Positions 59,866-64,000 of a stretch of 64,000 bases of DNA are shown here, piece after piece. A program made the translations under genes and the position numbers. Source of the stretch: a virus. Location: IMG/VR virus record IMGVR_UViG_3300031784_000013, positions 32,001-96,000 of that record; one strand, written 5' to 3'. How positions within the stretch are numbered: the stretch's first letter is position 1; every line of letters begins with the position of its first letter. Below the pieces are notes generated by a model. The model saw nothing but the letters and a program-made list of their open reading frames with translations. It ran no database searches and had not been told where the DNA came from.

Positions 59866-60414
59866 TTAGCAACCCATTTTACATTTACCAACAGCCTTCT
59901 TTACAGATGCACCTTTCTTAGCAACTGTTTTCTTAGCAGTCATTTTTCCACCACTTTTGAAAGTTGGCCTCTTCATTTTACCACTTTCTAAGTCTTTTGC
60001 CATTCTACTTACAATATCTACTCTAGATTCACCTGGGCCACTTTGCAATTTACCTTGTCTAATATTTTTTCCACTCTTATCTGAGACACTGTAGTTAAAT
60101 GTTTCATTACGCATTGTAGCTGGTGATTTGTAACCAACTGTATCAATGGACATCTTTCTATCGTCACCAAGTGCAATTTCCATTGGTCTTAGGCTTTTAG
60201 CTTGTTTAGTGACTTGAGGAAGAGTCATTGCTTTCAATCCATTCTGAGCTTTTTTAATTGGTTTTTTAGCTGCAACCTTAGCACCATTCTTAGCTTTATT
60301 CTTAGCAGCTGAAATAATATCAGCTCTTGTGATTGCTGGGTTGTTGTCATATCCAGCTTTCACTGATTTCATGCCTAGGCTTGTACCAGCTTTAGCTTTT
60401 GCAATTTTTTTCAT
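59866..60414 (-). CDS. Lys/Ala-rich histone-H1-like basic protein
   Basis: Likely start MKKIAKAKAG; repeated KAKxG, AQNG and KSGG motifs. Confidence 0.65.
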   Translation of the reverse strand: MKKIAKAKAGTSLGMKSVKAGYDNNPAITRADIISAAKNKAKNGAKVAAKKPIKKAQNGLKAMTLPQVTKQAKSLRPMEIALGDDRKMSIDTVGYKSPATMRNETFNYSVSDKSGKNIRQGKLQSGPGESRVDIVSRMAKDLESGKMKRPTFKSGGKMTAKKTVAKKGASVKKAVGKCKMGC

Positions 60415-60515
60415 AATGTATAAATGTTTTGGTTGACGACTAATGTTTAGTAAATTTAAAAACAAATTTGAAAATACTTTGTATATTCTTTGGAAATTTA
60501 AAACACAATAAATAT

Positions 60516-60933
60516 ATGGAACCCACTGTTGTCCTAAACCCTTTTGGAGTGCACAATGTAACAAAGGTAATTGATGAGAATAAGAAGCCTGCTGAATGGT
60601 GGAAAGAGTATGTCGAAATCAATGAAGCTCTGATTGAGAATGAATTCTACGTGCTATTTGAAGATGGTCTATTAGTTAAGAAGGGGAGGACCAAGTTCAG
60701 AACTAGTGACTATTTTAATGATCGAAAATTCCAAAGCTTCAAGTCGCACTATGAAGAAGTTCAAATTTCAGGGGAATCCTAGCCTATATGATTGGAAAAT
60801 AAAACCTGTCGTAGGATCTGTATACACTGTTGAAAACATCAACTCCATGAGGTATCACTCTGGGAGATGGGGCAATGTTGCAGAAAAGGATGTCTTGAAA
60901 TGGAAAGACTTTATAGAAATTGAAAACCAATAA
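60516..60933 (+). CDS. Two hypothetical ORFs (60516-60782, 60751-60933)
   Basis: Short overlapping ORFs. Confidence 0.55.
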
Positions 60934-60935
60934 AT

Positions 60936-61325
60936 ATGTTTGATAACAAATTTCATGAACAAGTTCATGATATTCTTCAAGGAATTGAAGATCTTTTAGT
61001 TGCTAAAAACGCAAAGTATGGCAACTCAGCACTAGAACCGCTAGGTGTGTTTAGTCAGTTGTCCGCAAAAGAAGGACTACTGGTTCGCATTGATGACAAG
61101 CTCAAAAGAATCAAGAATGGTTCTCTAGACAAGGATGATGAAGATGTTGTAAATGACCTCATTGGCTATCTAGTTTTGTTAAAAATTCATGCAAGCCGTG
61201 AGCAAAGTTTTGATGAACTAGATGGTTCTCATAATTGGGAAAAGATTAAACAAAGAGAGGAGTTGATTTCAATAATGCGTGCTGATGAAAAAGATGGCTT
61301 GTATTGGAGTGATAATGTAGATTAA
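60936..61325 (+). CDS. Nucleotide modification associated domain 1 (DUF1599-like) protein
   Basis: AKNAKYGNS...VRIDDKLKRI...DVVNDLIGYLVLL. Confidence 0.75.
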   Translation: MFDNKFHEQVHDILQGIEDLLVAKNAKYGNSALEPLGVFSQLSAKEGLLVRIDDKLKRIKNGSLDKDDEDVVNDLIGYLVLLKIHASREQSFDELDGSHNWEKIKQREELISIMRADEKDGLYWSDNVD

Positions 61326-61330
61326 CTAAA

Positions 61331-61402
61331 GCCTCCTAAGCATAAATGGTGATGCGTCTGATTTGTACTCAGAATAACAGGGTTCGATTCCTTGAGGAGG
61401 CT
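61331..61402 (+). tRNA. tRNA-Thr (UGU)
   Basis: Acceptor GCCTCCT/AGGAGGC, D-stem GCAT/ATGC, anticodon arm TCTGA-TT TGT AC-TCAGA, T-arm CAGGG-TTCGATT-CCTTG; no encoded CCA. Confidence 0.88.
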
Positions 61403-61408
61403 CAATAA

Positions 61409-61555
61409 TTTGTCGCACATTTAGTGAGTTTTTGCGACAAAAATGTCCAGTTTGTTGTGCAAAAAACTGTTAATTCGTTGTGCAAAAAACTGGACTATAT
61501 TTTGGCACTATTTGCTATAAGTTGCCAAATGTAAAGTAGAATTTACAATTTGGCA
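61409..61555. repeat. Cluster of short inverted and direct repeats
   Basis: TTTGTCGCA/TGCGACAAA; GTCCAGTTT/AAACTGGAC enclosing two copies of GTTGTGCAAAAAACTG; TGCCAAAT/ATTTGGCA. Confidence 0.7.
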
Positions 61556-61595
61556 GTTTATGTAAAATATCTTTAACCTTATCAATTAAAAAATC

Positions 61596-62246
61596 ATGAA
61601 CATACTACAAGTTGATTTCCCTTCTAGCCAATACATAGCAGAGGAAACTCCAAAGAAACAAATCTATCTTCACCACACAGCAGGAAGTCCTAATGGTGTA
61701 GGAACATTTGGATGGTGGGCATCTAACACTGAGAGAGTAGCCACATGTGTATCCATCTCAGGTATTGGTAAAGGCTGTATTGATGGACAGATTGTTCAGG
61801 GATTTAGCTCTAAGTTTTGGGCATATCACCTAGGACTACAGAAGAGTACATTCAGTAGTCGTAAGATTCCTTATCAGCAACTAGATAAGATCAGCATAGG
61901 TATTGAGATCTGCAACTGGGGCAATCTTCGTGAGAACAATGGTAAGTTTTACAACTATGTTGGTAAGGAGATGGACAAGGGAATCATCAAACTTGACAAA
62001 CCATACAAGGGTTTTCAATACTTTCATGATTACACGGATGCTCAAATAGAATCTGTAAAACAGTTGTTGTTGCTTTGGAAGAAAAAATACAACATCCCAT
62101 TAGATTACTGTGAAGACATCTGGGATATCACACCTAGAGCATTGAGGGGAGAAGCAGGCGTGTTTACACACAACTCTGTACGTAAAGACAAGATTGACAT
62201 CTATCCTCATCCTAAGATGATTGAGATGTTGAAGAGTCTATCTTGA
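61596..62246 (+). CDS. N-acetylmuramoyl-L-alanine amidase (Amidase_2-like endolysin)
   Basis: IYLHHTAG, SIGIEICNWG, YTDAQI, FTHNSVRKDKIDIYP. Confidence 0.85.
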   Translation: MNILQVDFPSSQYIAEETPKKQIYLHHTAGSPNGVGTFGWWASNTERVATCVSISGIGKGCIDGQIVQGFSSKFWAYHLGLQKSTFSSRKIPYQQLDKISIGIEICNWGNLRENNGKFYNYVGKEMDKGIIKLDKPYKGFQYFHDYTDAQIESVKQLLLLWKKKYNIPLDYCEDIWDITPRALRGEAGVFTHNSVRKDKIDIYPHPKMIEMLKSLS

Positions 62247-62372
62247 CAATTCCTGTAAAAAAATCGTGACAATTACGGAAGTTATTCGAATTACGAGGGT
62301 AAATTTTACAACTTTTTACCCTCGTAACTTTTAGATTAATAAATTTCAAAGTCTTGTTAACTTATAAGTTAA

Positions 62373-62924
62373 CTAGAATAACTTTTTACTTACACCCAAA
62401 CTGTGAATTTTTGTCATGGGTTGGTATTGGTATTGGAAGATGTATTTATCATCTACATAGGATGCAGTTGCGCCTGGTTGTAACAGAGAACTGATGCTTG
62501 CGCCTAGATATAATCCTTTGCTCTTCTTTATAATAGTTTTGGTCTCTGTGTTGGTGATGGTGTTTGTCACTGTAGGGATTTTGAAATCGTTCGTAACATT
62601 CATTTTAAGCACCTCTCCAAGCACTTCTCCATTAACGTAGGTGTTGCCATATTCAAAAGGAGTTGTTGTACTGAAGCTCTTGATTTTGGGCTTGTGGTCA
62701 ATTAGGATTGTATCCCTAACAACTTTGGTTTTTATTTCTTTTTTAGGGATGTAGACAGTATCAATATCTTGAATGAGAACCGTGTCTGATTCTGTTACAG
62801 TTCTGAACTTGTACACCTCTTCTATCTCAGGCTTTGGGTAGATGATAAATGTCAACACGACACCTATGAGGAATGCCACTATAGCAATTCTTATTCTCTC
62901 ATCATCAAACATCTCTTTCATCAT
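62373..62924 (-). CDS. Membrane-anchored protein (spanin-like candidate)
   Basis: N-terminal TM helix, DTV/DTI repeats, C-terminal beta-hairpins; next to the endolysin. Confidence 0.45.
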   Translation of the reverse strand: MMKEMFDDERIRIAIVAFLIGVVLTFIIYPKPEIEEVYKFRTVTESDTVLIQDIDTVYIPKKEIKTKVVRDTILIDHKPKIKSFSTTTPFEYGNTYVNGEVLGEVLKMNVTNDFKIPTVTNTITNTETKTIIKKSKGLYLGASISSLLQPGATASYVDDKYIFQYQYQPMTKIHSLGVSKKLF

Positions 62925-63142
62925 TATTCAATTTGAATATTATCTTGTTCAAGTATTTTTCTTAATTCTTTTCTACAAGTTTCATACGCTTTGTACGTCT
63001 CATCAGATAATTCTTTATATTTCATCTCTGAACGTAGCCACTGATCATATTCCCATACAGCACTTTGGTAGTTTCTTCCATTTACAGAAGCCTGAAAGTC
63101 TCTAGTATCTTCAGGTAGGTCAAACTCTAGTATTGCTTTCAT
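62924..63142 (-). CDS. Hypothetical protein (MKAILEFDLPED family)
   Basis: 72-aa ORF with an N-terminus common in phages. Confidence 0.6.
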   Translation of the reverse strand: MKAILEFDLPEDTRDFQASVNGRNYQSAVWEYDQWLRSEMKYKELSDETYKAYETCRKELRKILEQDNIQIE

Positions 63143-63999
63143 AGAGGAAACTTAATTGAATCTATGTAAACATCGTAATTCTTTGCTGTTCCTTCGTAAG
63201 TTCTTTTTGGTGTGAAGATTAATATTCTACCACCTGTAACTTTTGGAGGAGCACCACGCTCAATATGCCATCCATGTGAGCCGTCACCATATTCTTCTTT
63301 ATATGTGCCAGCAATACAGTGATGTATTTCCCTCTGCTCTAGTTCATAAACACGCTTACCACGGTTGAACTTCAAGACATCTCTGACATCATTTCTACAC
63401 CAGTTCTCGTGAATGTGACCTAGCACGAATATATCCATGTTTTCATACATTTCAAGGGCTCTTGTAAGATTTATCGCACCTTTCGTTACGATTCCTCCTC
63501 CACCACTTCCGTGAAAGTATTTCAAGTGCTTAATGTTGTATGATGTGAAGCAATTAACTTTTATAGACAACCATCCTCCATACCCACCTGTCTGTACATT
63601 TGTTTTGTTCTTGTAGTTTAACAAGTCAACAAATCTCTGTAGGACATCTGTTTCTTGAAACTTAATTATCGTGGTTTCGTGGTTACCATATCCAATCACT
63701 GTTAGCAAATGTGCGTATGGACTAAACCATTCTACAGCTGTCTCAATTACAGAGTCTAGATACTTAGCATTGTTGTGCTCTGGTCTAATGTCTGATTTAT
63801 TACCTCTACGGTCCCCCCTGCCCTGCATGAGGCAGAATAGGTCTCCGTTGATCAGAATAGGGATATTGTTTGCTTTACAGTAGTCTAAATGAATCTTAAG
63901 TTTTTCTCTATCACACCTTGGGTTATCCCAATGTAAGTCTGATAGAATTGCTAACTTCTCTCCTGTTAACTCTAGGGAATGAACATTCCTTAGAATTTT
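63139..63999 (-). CDS. Calcineurin-like metallophosphoesterase (5' partial)
   Basis: Frame is open to the right edge: ILSDLHWD, INGDLF, YGNHE, YFHG, LGHIH. Confidence 0.85.
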   Translation of the reverse strand, partial: KILRNVHSLELTGEKLAILSDLHWDNPRCDREKLKIHLDYCKANNIPILINGDLFCLMQGRGDRRGNKSDIRPEHNNAKYLDSVIETAVEWFSPYAHLLTVIGYGNHETTIIKFQETDVLQRFVDLLNYKNKTNVQTGGYGGWLSIKVNCFTSYNIKHLKYFHGSGGGGIVTKGAINLTRALEMYENMDIFVLGHIHENWCRNDVRDVLKFNRGKRVYELEQREIHHCIAGTYKEEYGDGSHGWHIERGAPPKVTGGRILIFTPKRTYEGTAKNYDVYIDSIKFPL

Positions 64000-64000
64000 T

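Noticed and set aside
1-64000. Stop-codon reassignment as in some crAss-like phages
   Set aside because: Long genes are intact under the standard code, TAG and TGA both end genes cleanly, and no convincing suppressor tRNA was seen.

Overview
The window is about 64 kb of a crAss-like (Crassvirales-type) dsDNA phage genome, most likely infecting an environmental Bacteroidota host. It uses the standard genetic code and I saw no introns or inteins. Bases 1-28.8 kb (minus strand) form the late virion module: HTH and HU/IHF-like genes, large terminase, portal, acidic scaffold-like protein, major capsid protein (MCP), auxiliary capsid and ring proteins, a collar-type fibre, a DUF285/BspA-repeat adhesin, the tail tubular protein, a large tail-stabilisation/muzzle protein, and a zincin-containing cargo-like ORF that runs off the left edge and is absent from the ORF track. 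A hairpin-rich strand switch at about 28.9-30.2 kb leads into the plus-strand early/replication module: small ORFs, a tRNA-like element, GH24 lysozyme, PolB, DnaB, SF2 helicase, AAA ATPase, SSB-like protein, primase, a UDG variant, rIIA/rIIB-like genes, nucleases, RecA and MazG-like protein. It ends with a two-glycosyltransferase plus methyltransferase cassette, very basic minus-strand proteins, Nmad1, tRNA-Thr, an amidase and a metallophosphoesterase. Main leads: (1) a modular virion-decoration architecture of shared ~70-aa anchor domain, mucin-like poly-Thr linker and variable head, built into a split muzzle gene and possibly glycosylated by the phage's own enzymes; (2) a copy of the MCP N-terminal peptide (PGxxGFTYARVA), plus TonB-box-like and AQxG/QxGG motifs, inside the cargo/zincin protein; (3) structured non-coding RNA candidates. 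Functional calls come from motif recognition and gene order only; no database searches were run.
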